From positions 930,001 through 994,000 of the forward strand of contig NW_020847248.1 in the NCBI RefSeq assembly GCF_003704095.1: DNA of 64,000 bases. The letters run 5' to 3'. The notes below the pieces were generated by a model, which was not told the origin of the DNA, did not search any database, and saw nothing but the letters and a program-made list of their open reading frames with translations. Positions 48,546 to 62,300 of this stretch are shown here, piece after piece (the stretch's first letter is position 1; each line of letters opens with the position of its first letter). This stretch comes from Pocillopora damicornis (Eukaryota). A program made the position numbers and the translations under genes.

Positions 48546-51500
48546 CCCGTATGAACCTGAAATTTATCGATGAAATTGGTCAACAGGCTTCACTCCTGCA
48601 ACCGTCTATACAAGGGACTTAAGTGCGGCGTTATTTCTTCAACTTGAATTTATAAACGATATAACCTCTTACTTTTGAAACGTAGAAAGAATTCGTGTTT
48701 CTTGCACGAACATTAACGAAGCTAGAGCTGATTTTCTTCATAGCTTGATGTATATGATTTGTCACGGTTCGAATTTTTCTTTTGCTCGAGTCCTCGCGCC
48801 TCGTGTGTACACTTACGGTAAAATCACGGCAGACGAAGCCTTGACTTATGTGTAAGTCCTTGATAATGAAAGATGGTTTAGTGGATAAACAACTTACCTA
48901 TCTGAAGTAAATGCCATCGACGATATGTCTTGATCCTTTGGCTCCAAGCAATGATTTCTTCCAAATCAACGAATATGAGTGAAAAATTTTAGCTTTAGGA
49001 CAGACGTAAGTCCTCCACGTCGTCAATCCATTAGAGCTGTTACACGAAGGCGAATGACGACAGTGATAAATATTAAATAAGTCACGAGAATAGTAACCCA
49101 CTTAGGAGTAGTTATTTTTGTTTCTTTCGGCCACGGAAACCACTTCAATGAGCGGTTCCTGTAAAAGGCGATCTGTAATTAAATGCTTTGTCTAAAAGAA
49201 GCGCTCAACCATGAACCACGCTACACTGCAACACTTCAGTTCAAAAGGACAAAGACAACCCGTAGAAATACCTATACACAGCATTTTTTTTGAATAATTG
49301 TATCCTGAAGTCATTTGCTAAGTGCAGTGCTGTAAGGTTAATGCTGAACGTTATTGTAGCCGCTTTTGAGAGCTTTAAAGCCCCTTCCTGTCCGTAGATG
49401 ATTAACCCAAACTGAGGGAGAAAATAATGAAACGGGAGCTGTAAATGGTTTTTGAAAACTGCTTTTTCCTAGTCAGGTTCCATTTCCATTAAAAAAGACA
49501 AAGATAAACAAATTCTTGTTATGCACTCTTTGATATTATATTGAAGACAAAAGCTAACCATAAGATAAATATAGAATCCATACTAAGGGGGCAGATATTG
49601 AAAGTAGCAGCTTTCTATAATTTCTTTAGAAAGTAAATACCAATACCAAAAAATTAAGTTACTATTAGCAACATATGCTTTGCGGCATTGGCTCTATTTT
49701 CAAAGGTGCCTGAATACCGTACAGGTTTCTTTCCTTGCGATTTTTCATAATTTGTTGCGCATTCCCCATGACATATAAAATAAAATAAGGCTGCATGAGA
49801 ATGTTGGTGCAGCAAAAAAAGCGTGATAAGGCCATTGATTTAATTGAGATTTTTGGGGGGTTATTTCTTCGTTGACTGGAAAGTTCTGAGAAAAGCTAAG
49901 AATTTACCGTATAGTTAGTTTGACATTATGTTGCTATCTGAGTGCTTTACGAATCTATTCAGACCATTTGATTCGTCAGAATGATTTTTTTTGCCTTGTC
50001 TTAACCGTGGGTAGCAGGTAAAAGCCCGCACATAAGCAGTAGATTAACAACTTATGGCCATTTTTCTCAGAAAAAATTACAGCAGTTTTACTACCCAAGG
50101 CTGTTATCTAGGCTCTAAACGAATGTAAGTGGCGAATGATTTCACAATAATAACTCTTCGAATAAACACATTGTTTTAAATCTCACCGGTCGCAAAAATT
50201 TAACTTTTTCTCCTGACTCTTGGTAAAAGATCACTGGATAAGCTTTTTCCTAGGTCACCTTACATCCAAAAGGATGATGTGAGATGCAAGACTATGTCTG
50301 GTTTTTCTTTAAATTCACAATTATGCATTGTTCTTCACCAAGATGCATTCGAAGCAATATCAGTTGATAGGGCCAATGAATAACCAGTCTATCTAATTTC
50401 GACAGTAATAAGAAGTGACTGCGGCACGGAATGTCAAGAACTTTTGACTCGGTCGAGCACGGCCCGGAAAGCGAATACATTATGGAACAAAGAATCAATA
50501 AATTCCTTCATGGTTTTATAACTTTCTACAGGAAGTTGATTGAAAGCGACTGAATACTTCACTACTCTGGTAAGATCTTTTAATCACTTGGGCTATTTAT
50601 GATCGACATACCATCGCGGTTCTTCTCTAAAAGGATGGAAAACTTCGTAAATTCGGTAGGTGTAACACGCAAAAATTGGTGACTATCAAGATGAAGTCTC
50701 ATCGTAAATTCTTGCAGCCTCCATTTCAGAGAAAACCTGTCAATGCTTACGCGACGGAAAGGAAAAAGGGCCAGGAAACAAAAACAAAAAACAAAAAACT
50801 TCAAAGCAAAACAAACAAACAAACAACAAAAAAAAACATTTTTCCTGTTGAAAATATCAGGACTTTTGGTTGTTTGTAATTTATCTTGGAGTGATTGTTT
50901 CAATATCATCGGGATCTTTTTTTGGCCTTCGGCCTTCGAAAAGCAGCAAGCATTGTAAGAAAAAATCGATTAGCGGCGAAGGATGTTTCAGTGAAAATTC
51001 AAATGGGGAAAGGGCGCGCTTAAAGCAGCGTTGGGGGAATTTTCTTCTACATTAATGAGCATTTCGCTGCCAACAAGTGATGAAGATGAATCCAGTAAAT
51101 AGAGCGACAAATGAATAAGTAAAGAAATGCGTAAGTAGAGTTAAAGAGCCAGTCATAACATGCTATAATTCAACTACAAAGACAAACCATAGGGTCATTG
51201 GCTTCGCAGTTGAAGTTATACAGTTTATTTTACAAAATAAAAATAAGTACAAAAATAGATCTAAGCGAAAATCCAGAGAGCAATCGATAATTGCAAAGCT
51301 AGCCACTCGTTAGCCTAGCTTCGTTGGAACTTAGGAAAGCATCGCAGCCTCCCATCCGCTCCCCTCGAAAAAAAGACTTCATTGCTCCTTGATTGAGTGT
51401 CTCAAAGGAGACGATCCTCTAGATTTTGCTCCTAATGAAAATATTTCGGCCATTATTTATCAAAAAGAATAAAAAACCAAACAATAAAAAAACAAAAGTA

Positions 51501-52509
51501 GTTGGTTAATATACGAATTTTGTCGGTCATTATCCCAGGCAATCCCGAGGAATCCTGATTTGTTTCATATACAGATAGGTACATTTCCCTGCTAAACTTT
51601 CTAGAGCGTTTAAGCAGCTACTGAATAATACTTGTTTATACTGCCATAGCATAGTATATCTGCTCTGCAGTGTTAAGTATTAATTCAATCATTACTTTTA
51701 AATATATCACTTTCATCTGTTGATGATGTGCTGGTCTATCATTCCCTTTCTATCGTTTAAATATTTTTTTTCTCACTCTTTTCCCTTTCCCTCTGTAAAA
51801 ACTTTGGACCTATGTCACTGATAACACAAACCCTGAAGATTTATTTTTCCTAAGGCTGTTTGGAGCCACTGCTATCAAGTTATTCCTTCCTTTTATCCTG
51901 CTTTTTCTCAGTTCTTTCGACCTAACCTGTTCGATTATTGTAAATATGGTTACATCTGAATTCATAACCACTCCACCTACGTATAAGAAATAAAATGAAA
52001 AAGGATAATCACAGTACACTTTTGTTTTAAAGGTAAATAGACGATTTAAAAAAAGTGTAATACTCCACATTATTTAAAAAAAAATGGGTATTCTGTACTT
52101 GACCTTCGAAGAATAATATCCAGTTGTTGTATTCTTTAAAACCTTAGTAAAAAGTGCAAAACTGGGTTACCTTCGCTACTGATACTCGTAGTTATTTTCA
52201 ATTTTTTTCACCCTTTCAGATAGCGTCAGCGCTAGCACTAAGGGCAGTAAAGAAAATTACTTCAGCATCAAACATGGCAGTAGTAATAGTTACGTGGTAG
52301 CAATTACAAAAGTTGTGGAAAAGTTAATAGTGGGGGAAAATAAAGGCATTATCAGTGTTTTACTAGTGAAACTAGTAGCCTTACGATTGGTGGCACTAAT
52401 AACAGAAACCAATAATTAATTTATCTAGGTCCTGGTTCATTGGTCAAAATAGTTGCAAAAGATGTTGCGCCAAAACATGTACCAAAACGTGTTGTACAAG
52501 CTCTTGTGC

Positions 52510-52722
52510 AAGGATCTCAACGGTGTAAACCGTTACACCGAAAAACGACAAAAAACAAATAAGTAGTCGTTAGGCGTAAACATTGACAAATGTTAACCAT
52601 TAGTCGTTACAAAAAAACAAAATGTAAACATTTTTCCTCCCATAGCAACGGAAAGAAATTAAGCGGCTGTTGTGAAATGTTAACCGTTTGCCGTAAAAGC
52701 CACCACCCCATTGAGACCCCCT
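52510..52722. mobile_element. Probable MITE downstream of the SRCR receptor stop codon
   Basis: Imperfect TIRs aaggatctcaacgg / ccattgagaccccct; internal repeated aaatgttaacc and cgtta motifs. Confidence 0.45.
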
Positions 52723-52802
52723 TTAAGGTTTAATCAATTTTAATTAATTAAGTGTCCTCTAAGGTGTCTAATTGGCGCTGACTAAATCCAGGGAATATCG
52801 AT

Positions 52803-53364
52803 TTAAGATTGTGATTGATCATTAGGCTGTTTGTTCTCTTCCAAAATCACCGCGGTCCGTCCACCATCATTTCCTGTCAGTGTTTGGTATCGGTCTTCTT
52901 CTTTTTCCTTTTCATTTGCCGTATGGTCATTCTTGGCTTCTTTTTCTTTACCAAAAGACAAAGAAACGTATCGTGGATCTTCTTGTTTGGATGCTTCCCC
53001 CTGAACAATGATTTCCACGAACTCTGGCTTTGCTTCTTTATCGTCTGGAAGTGGTTCCTTCTTGGGCAGCTCGCCTGGGGAAGCGTAGCTTTGATCAACG
53101 GACTCACCGTTAGCCTCGTCTCGTTTGATATCCTCGGAAGAGGACATTTTAGTCATACCTATCTCAGCATAGATTGGATTGGACACTCCACTGGCCTCTG
53201 TCGTTTCTTGAAACGGAGAGAAGACCTCCGGATGTATGTCGTCGTAGTCTCCAGTACCGGCGCCGTCGTATCCCGGATTTTCAAAGGCCGTGGTGCGACG
53301 TTTCGACTCGTCCTCGTCTACTTCTCTCACATAAGGCAAGTTTAATTTACCTGTCCTCTTCATT
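52803..53364 (-). CDS. Terminal cytoplasmic exon with FENPGY and NPIY motifs
   Basis: Phase-2 acceptor matches TM exon donor WYFR|MKR; acidic tail rich in tyrosine motifs. Confidence 0.85.
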
Positions 53365-56300
53365 CTAATAAAAATCAATTAAGACAAATGAATGAATGAA
53401 TGAGGATGTTTAAATGTTGAGGATAGTTGATGTGATATTACGTTATGACGAGAGTTGATACACTCTGCAAATAATTATTGTATCGTATATAAAACCCGAT
53501 TTCTTTTGTGCAGCCGGAAGAGCAAGATAATCTCAATGTGAGTAGTGAACTTTTCTACATAAGAATCTTACTCACCTGAAATACCAGACGGCCAAGGCAA
53601 CCGTGATGAGAACAAGCCCCAAAGCTACGACTACCCCAGTAATCACTCCTGCATTCGATCGTCCGGATTGTGGCGCGGGCGTGGATTTTATGACTGATTT
53701 CTGTTTAACTGAGAGTACATCCCCTCCATTTTTACGTCCAATTGCCGCTGCGTTCTTTTTGGTCACATCAGCGACGAATGAAGCTGACACCGGCTCAGGT
53801 TCGCCTCTTTTAACCACAGCATACTCAACTTGGGTTCCTTCATCAACTTCTTTTGGATCAGAGGGAATGTAGATGTCTTCTTGTGTAAACGGGCCATTTA
53901 CAGCGCGTTTGACGATAGACGCAGGGCTGATAAATTAAAATTATTGATAAGACATTGATAAACGAATTGCTGAATGAAATAAATGATAAAGAACGAGTTG
54001 GTTAGGGAAGCAGACTTATCAGTTTCAGGGTGCATATAACCACCAATATCCTGGTAGTGAACACTAATTAGTAGACAGGCAGACATGTAGGTAGGTAACT
54101 GAATGGGTAACTGAGCAGATTTCATAGGTAACGGACTGCGTGGTTACTTGAATAAAATTTATTGCGTAATTAGTTGGTAAATATAAATGTGCGGTGTACT
54201 TTTGTATTATGAAAGCTGAAGTTTCGAGCGTTAGCCTTTCGCCATTCGCTCTAATGAAGGGCCGGAACGCTCGAAACGTCAGCTTTGAAACTTTTTACGG
54301 TGGCCAATTTACTTTATCAACTCATTTGATAATACCTAATTACCCTTTTGTTCTCTCCCACCGACGCAGCACCACAGTTTGTTGAGAAACTTCCCCCCTT
54401 TAAATAGGCGGTGGCCTGGTAAATCGGTAGAAGGTGGCTAAATACGTAAGAGGGAAGGTAAATAGGCGTATTTCGCAAATAATTCCTACCTTTTGCTAAA
54501 AAGGCATGAGTCAGGGTTCGCATTGCATTCTTTATTTAGTGCTACCACAATTGAGCGTGTGAAGACTGTTAGATTGAACTAAAAAGATATAAACAAATAA
54601 GTTGACATCGCGATTACGAAGTCTCAGGGAGAGAGTGCGTTTACGACATAATGAAACTCAAAGGAAATCTCCCCAAAATTTTCAATTACGGGGTGGACCT
54701 TGATTAGAGTGATGCAAAAACTTTGTTTGCTGTTTCGTTTCACGCTAAGCTTGGTGATGGGACTATCGTAATAAATTAAGGGAATTAATTGCTTTGTAAC
54801 GCACAGGGGAGAAAACCTTAAAGGTACCTTTTTGTTTAATTTTAAAGCAGCAACCTGCAAATTAAGATTGAAATTTTCCGTGTTCTGATCAGCTCGATAC
54901 AGCTTCTTTACCCGAACATGGCTGGTTAAAAGAACTTGAAGAAATATTGCGATAAACAGTTGGGATGATATTTCGAATTTACCAAGACAGAGATTGAGGG
55001 TTTTTCTTCCTAATTTCCTTGCTCCTTGTTGATAAGCACAGATAAATTTATTAAAGACAGCAAAAACCCTACGAGCTCGTACAATTTGTCGTCTTTGAAT
55101 TTAAGCCAAATGGAACAAGGCATCATGTCATTACCCAATACATAACAAAAAAACGGCATTACAGAAAGTCAAGACAGACGAAATTTTGGACAGCGCGCGC
55201 GCTATTTGTAATTTGCACTCGCGTTACATAAAAAATGCACTAATTTACAGCCAATCAGAAGTGCGTTTTTTTTTCATGTATATCATCAATTTTCGAAATG
55301 AAAATTTTGAGAACTTCATGTCAAATACGTAGACACCCAGTGGGGTGTATTTTATGAAGATGAACAAAGGCTAAAGTGTAATTCTTGACTAACCTCCGCT
55401 AAAGGCACCGCTAGTACCAACTGGACCGTTTCTTCTTCTGCATCAATGAAATATTGACTAAGTAAGTAAGAATTCGCCTCTTAACCTATCCTAGCCTGCC
55501 ATTTTACTTATTTGTTGGCAGAAAGAGCGAAAAAGTGGGGACGCGAATTAAAAACGGTGGGACTCAACCTCATAACGCAGTCGTAACCCTAACGGTCACA
55601 ACCTACGTTTTTCGTTCCCTCGCTCTTTCGCTCTTCTTCTTTGACAAAAAGCCAAGGACAGGCCAAACTAAGTCACATTTTAAAATGATGAATCAAAGAC
55701 GTTCATAGAGACTTGAAAAACAGTTAGTCATCAGCTTGGTTTACATAAAAAGAAAAACTAAGGAAAATGAATAAAATAATAAAATAAACAAACAAAGATA
55801 GTAAAAACGTAAACTATAAATAACAAACAGAAACACTAATTTTTTTCTTTTAAGGAAGTTTTAAGAGTTAAATTTTTTATAAAGAATATATATATGAGGT
55901 TGTGTCTCGAATTTTCACAATTACACAATTGCACCTTTACACAGATTCTGACTCACCTATATCAACCGAGCAAGTTGGACCCCCAAAGTACCCCACACAG
56001 CGGCAATGGAACTTTTTATTGACTGCAGGTTCAGATATGCACGTGGCTCCGTTCATACAAGGCACGCTGGCACAGTAGTCAATAGGCGTTGTAGGGGGTG
56101 CTGTGGTCGTCGTAGGCGGCGGCCAAACCACAACTGACGGTGAGCAATTCTGTCCATCGTTTGTGATATTCGGGCAATCACATTTGTATCCAGATGGAAT
56201 TTTGAAGCAGAGGTGCGTGCAGCTGTTTTTACTACATGGATGAATTGCTAAAAAAGAAATAAATTAAACCTAAGAGACTGAAAACCGCAGCTAGAGGTCT

Positions 56301-59300
56301 ATTCAGACAATGGTTGTTCAAGTGCTTCAAAACAATTTTAGACGAACTTGGAAGGTATCCGCAAAAGACGAATGAGATGAGAGTAAAAAAAATGTGACAA
56401 GATAGTCAAATTTATTCTCGCTTTGTGCCAAAGTTAATTAGGAGGGAAACGAATGGCCCCTAAAAAAAATTTATACGGCTTCGTGATATCATGATACTGT
56501 CATAAGAAATACTCACTTTCTTGTTCATAACGACCTTTTTTGACTGCAATTCCCCTTTGTCCATGCAGCCCAGAAACCTCAACTGAAACATCAGCATAGT
56601 TGGTCTTGTTGACTCGCAGAACCATTGCATGCCATAACGTTTCACCCCAATATAAGTATTGGTCATCGACAGCAATTCCATGTGGTTGTAAGAACAAGAA
56701 GACATTTTGAAGAACCGTATGGATAGAGTTGTTTCCGGAATCGAGATCGATGTAGAAGATGGCGGACTCGTCGTAGCTCACAAAGTATATGCGGTTAAAT
56801 GGAACGTCAAGGGTGATATACAAGGCATCAAAAGGTCTATCGAAGGAGGTGTTTCCCAGTGCAATTGTTGCTCTGTTTGATCCATCTAGTTGCGCGCTTT
56901 CAATAAAACCTAGAGCCGACCAGTACATGTACCTGGAAAAGAAACATTCTTCAAGATAAGGAAAAGAGTTTTTTCCTAAAGCCTTCCTGTTATTTCTCGC
57001 TTGAGCTGATTTTAAAAATTCGAAGTTAAGTTCACTTTATTGCAGATCAAGAGCACGAAATCAATTGTTGCGCCTCTTTTGCAAAATTCAAATTTCATAT
57101 CTTCGATGGCGAAACGACAAAGAAAGATGGATATAAAAAGTAGGAGCCGAATTATAGTACCTTTTCTTTACACTTAGATTCGAGTCATCAATCCGATCAA
57201 TAAAGCCAGCCTCAGTTTAACGTGCAACCATACAGAGATATGTATGTAAACGATGGCAATACCATGGCCTATCTTTGTAGTTTCCTGACATTTATGTCAT
57301 TCAGCATCGATATACAATGTGTTAAAAATAAACTCCGTCTGTTTTATTCTTCTCGATACATTTCAGCCTAAAAACCCATTGAACTAAATATTGCTCAAAA
57401 CTTTGCATTGTTCTGAACTAATTTACGTTTTTATTGTCGCATTAAACAAAAGCTAAGACTGACATAATCCATTGACATTCGTTACGTCACTCTCCAAAAT
57501 TATTTTGTTAGTCACAGACGATAATAGGAGTCAAACGCGATAAAAAAATGCATTCTGCCTTAACAGTTCTAAGAACAGTTATCCGAAGTGCGTTGAGAAC
57601 ACTTGAACTCAAAGTACTAACATTGATTTTATGATGCCATAAATTTGACTTTAGAAATTGTTTTAATTTTATTTGAGTGGTTCAACTCTGAGTCACCGTT
57701 CAAAATGGGTGGAAGACGATAAAATCAGGTCGTTGAGAATCAAAGGTGACCACGATCGCTTAACAGAGGTGAAAAATTGCAGTGCTAAAAGGGAAAAATT
57801 TCGAGACTTTGACCGATCGCTTAATACAGGGTGACTCGTTAGTACGGTGCCGCTTAATACAGGTTTGATTGTACACTGTAACTGCGACAATGAAAGTTTA
57901 ACCTACCCTCGAGTCGTATCCAAAACAATGTCCTGCGGTGATGGTTTCGGGTCAGAAATCAGCACTTTCCAGTTATCACCGTTGAGATTCGAGACTTCGA
58001 TAGTACCTTCGTCACTGTTTATCCAAAACACATTTCGTCCCACAAGATCCAAACCAATTGCCGTTGGTGAACCGTTATTACGTATTACTTCGTACATCTC
58101 TCCATTAAATTTGGATCGAGCGATCATGCCCAGGGAGGGTTCAGTCCAATAGATACGGTCTTCGAATGGATCAAAAGCTACTCTAGTGGGATTTTGTACA
58201 TTAGAAATTGGTAAAGGAGTCAGAATATCCCTAGTCAGCTCAGAGTAAGAAATCTTCTGGGAAAAGATATCAGCAACAAATATGACGTCACCAAGAGTAC
58301 CTAGAGGTAAAAGGAGGCATAAATTAGTTTATCAAAGGGAGAAAACACACGATAGAAAGTAGACTTGTATGAAGCCACTTGGTCCAGTCACTTATCAGTG
58401 AAGATGGAAATCTGGATCTGGCTATCATGTCATGGTGTAGCATTCAAAATGAACAAAAGCACTCACTCGTATAGATGTTGGGTATGTGTAATCATTGTAA
58501 GACGAGGGCGACGTTTAAGTCAGAGGGTTGTTCAGTTCCTTGCAATGGAACCAAGGTTGATGAAGCCTAGTTGCCTTGACAATTACGTCATGATTACGTC
58601 TTAGATTTGTCGCCTAAAACCACACCTGGAAACCTTCACTAATTGTACATGACCATGAAATATGACAAGAACAGGAAAGATATGGTGTCTTTTACAAGTC
58701 ATAAACTAAACACAATACACAAATAAACCTACAGGTTTTTCCATCTTCTTTTAGTACCATTCCAGACTTACACCTGCACTTCTGGTCATTTGGAGTCACT
58801 AGGCAGAGCTGTTCACATCCACCGTTATTCTGACATAGTGCTTCATCTGTAAAAGAAAAGTTTAATAAATTATTGGTTCTTGCTTAGCGTGCATATATCG
58901 AGTTATGGGTACACGCAGGAAGTTTAGATAGCACGAGACAAGCGTATGAGTTGCTCGAGGCGCCACTAGCTTTAGCTTGTTAAATTATTGTACGAGTCCT
59001 CTTTCAATTCTAGTTCTGTTAATCAGGTATCACAAAATTTAAAACTCAAAAGCAACTCGGCTGAGACGGGATTTTGCAAGGAAGTGTTGGTAATTTATTC
59101 AAACAAGCGCGACATCTACTGGCCAACTGATTATTTTTTTGTTTTTCCACAACAGTATATTACGAAAGTTAGTGCACCTCTCCACAAAATTAATTGGCTT
59201 AGTTTTTATTTTCACGCCGTAACTTCAAGAGGGGGCAGTTGAGCTAGTCCATGATTAGAAGTTCATTTGGTTTTAATTCCTAGAATTTACCTAGCACGTG

Positions 59301-62300
59301 ATCAAATATCAAGTGTTTTTTTCGTTAACAACATCAGCAACAGAGATTTCCGATAACCCATCGTTTCTAATATTGGGTCTTTTTAATTCTTTTATGAGAG
59401 ACCCAGCCTGTTTCACAGAAGTCCTGGTGGATAGCGGTATCAAAATTCTGTTCTTTGTCAGTCGTGTTTCCTTTCAAGATCGAGATGTTAGTAGTTTAAA
59501 AAGTCAAATAATAAGAAATTCAGACAACTAAACAGAATGGTGTGCGATTTTAGCGAATACCTGCACTTCTACGTCTTAAGATTCAAATTCTGACTTATGG
59601 TTTTGAGGTCGTTCAGCTACCTAGTCTTACGATGATATGATATAATTACCAGGAGTTATCATAGAGTTGTGTGCATATATCGCCGACGGATCCCCCAGAT
59701 CAGCAATCATCTCTTGAGCAACTGGGTTGTCTGTAATATTTGCTTTGAATACGGCACCAGTAAACTTTCCGTCACCCGAAGAAGTCCAATACAGCGTATT
59801 GTTTATTAGTGTCAGTCCTCTAGGGTGATGGAGATTTCCGGAAATAAATGTGCGGACCTCTTTATTGTCCAGATTGATGTAACGTATGAAGTCATGGGTT
59901 TGGTCAGAAAAGTACAAGCGCTTGTTAGGTTTATCCAGTGCTAAGTTAATGTATGTATAACTTAGAACGAAGGGCATAGTTGCGATAAGCATCTGGTTTT
60001 GTCCATCCATATCGGCTCGATGAATTGTCGTATTGATTAATCCATGCGATACATAATATATGTACCTGTTCGAGACAAATCAAATCAAAATAAAACAATA
60101 GCAATGTGAAGTATATGAAATATTTAAATAAAATTATTTTTCTATTTATAAATCGCTGGCGATCCTTGAAATTTGATTGGCTTTCATCGGTGCGATTTAT
60201 TCAAGAATCGCACCATTTTTACTCCAGCCAATGAGAAAGTGTTACAAAAAACACATGACTTTTAAGACTATTTAAAGTAACAAATCGAATTGCAGGAATA
60301 TGAATGACAACTTTTGCACATTTTTACAAAATCAGCTCAGTACTGGATCAAAACATTTTTTTCATACAGACTGAAAAATCCTTTCTTTAAGTGGCTAAAT
60401 CTTGCGATTTTAAAATGACTGTAATAACGTGATGATCAAACTGCGTGTTGAACAATTTTGGTCAGATAGAATACTTGTGATTTCAAATCAAACTCGCGTT
60501 GCGCACTCGTTCGATTTCGAAATCACGCGCATTATTTCAGAGCCAATAATATACATAAAAATTTTCAGTTGGCTCATTGGTTGAGAACACGCTAATTAAT
60601 CCCAAACAGCGCAGGAAGATGTAATTGAATGCAGAAAGTTAAAATTAAAATCTTTCTTGATTTTTTTTGTGATTTCGCGACAGGTGAGTCGCGAAATCAT
60701 AACAAAGTAATGGTAAAAAAATTCAAAATACCTAACAAAATTGGATTTTGAACACTTATCGAGGAATATTTCAATACAATAGCACCACTTCATGTCTTAA
60801 AAATTTTATCACTCTTGCCTAGAGATTTCATCAAGTCTTTCTTGATGCAAAGTGGATTATTTTGAGAAAAGTATCTGTAATAAAAACTTCTGGTGACAAC
60901 AATTGAATCATATAAACCGTTATTCTTATAATGACCAAAATTTTAACCGTTCGTCGTAATTCGATTCCATCACCCCATCAACTTTCTCTCTCAAAAGTGT
61001 ATACCGCGGATAAGCATAAAGACTCTTTCACACCTAATTCGGTGAAGCTTACCTTGATTCAATGTCTAAGACGATCCCTTGAGGAAACTCTACGTCAATT
61101 AGAACCGCTTGATAGGTTCCGTCAAGAGAGGCAACTCTAATATTATCGGCGTAAAAGTCAGCAAAGTAGATGTTCCTTCCAACAGTGTCTATTTGTACAC
61201 CCGTTAGGAAATAGTCTCTGAGAACTATTTCATCCGTGCCATTATGTATGGAAGCTCTTCTAATTTCTCCATAGTAATCTGTCCAATACATCTGTTCCTC
61301 TTTGAAATCGTAGGCTACTGCGATTGGCTTAGAGTTGAGTGTAATCCTTAAAGGAATCGGCTGTGCAGTAGAATTGGGCGGAGGCAGAGGCTGAAAGTGG
61401 CAGAGTTTGCGATTGTCATCGCAAAATAGCAAGAAATCATCTGCATCTGTGGAAGTGCATATAAATGAAAAATATGTGTCTGTGAGACAACTTTTAACCT
61501 AGTGAAACCACTCGAGAAAGGAGATGTAACCTACAATTACTCATCACGCAAGGAGAGAGAATAATTTCTTCCGACTTCGTGACTAGGAAAATGGGATTAG
61601 CTCTGGCTCCCTGGCCGAGGAGCAGATTAATTAGCTTTTTAGTCAATCTTCGAACAGTTAAGTTACTCTTTGGAATCTCAAAATTCCGATGACGGATATG
61701 AAAGTTTATGGTACTATGTACTTTATCAAATACTGAAATATGTGTCACTATATATGTTTAGTCTCATGCTTTGATCCCAAAAAATCAATGCTCGACTAGC
61801 AGACAGCCACTTCGCGCCTACTAATGTCTAACTTTTGACACAGCCGAGCTTTAAGAATAAAATTCTTACCTGGACTTCGAGTATCATTCGTGCATATGAC
61901 CGATGCATCTTCCTCGTGAAAGCAGTAGCCGATTACATTCCATCCTTTGTGCTGACAATCCTCGATTGAACTTTCAGTACCTAAACATTCCACATCTGCC
62001 AACCAGATGTGACCATTTCCTTCACCAAAAATAGCGTCCGTGGGAGCACTCAAAGCCTCCCGATAACCAAGTTCACGACACACAACGTCTGCATCCTTTT
62101 TATCCCAGGAATCGTCACAAATAGTTCCCCAGTGGCCATCATGAAATATCTCCACTCTTCCCTCACCCTCACGTATTCCGTCAGCTAGTCTCAGTATTTG
62201 ACCTGAGGAAAAAACGTTAATTTAGTGGATGTTACAATGATGGAAAGGGTTTTTTTCTTGTAAAAGTCTTTAAAGCGAATATACAGGGTAAATAATGTGC

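Noticed and set aside
58466-58566. Apparent exon with ag/gtgagt boundaries in the SRCR gene
   Set aside because: Stop codons in all three frames; neighbouring exons splice in frame without it
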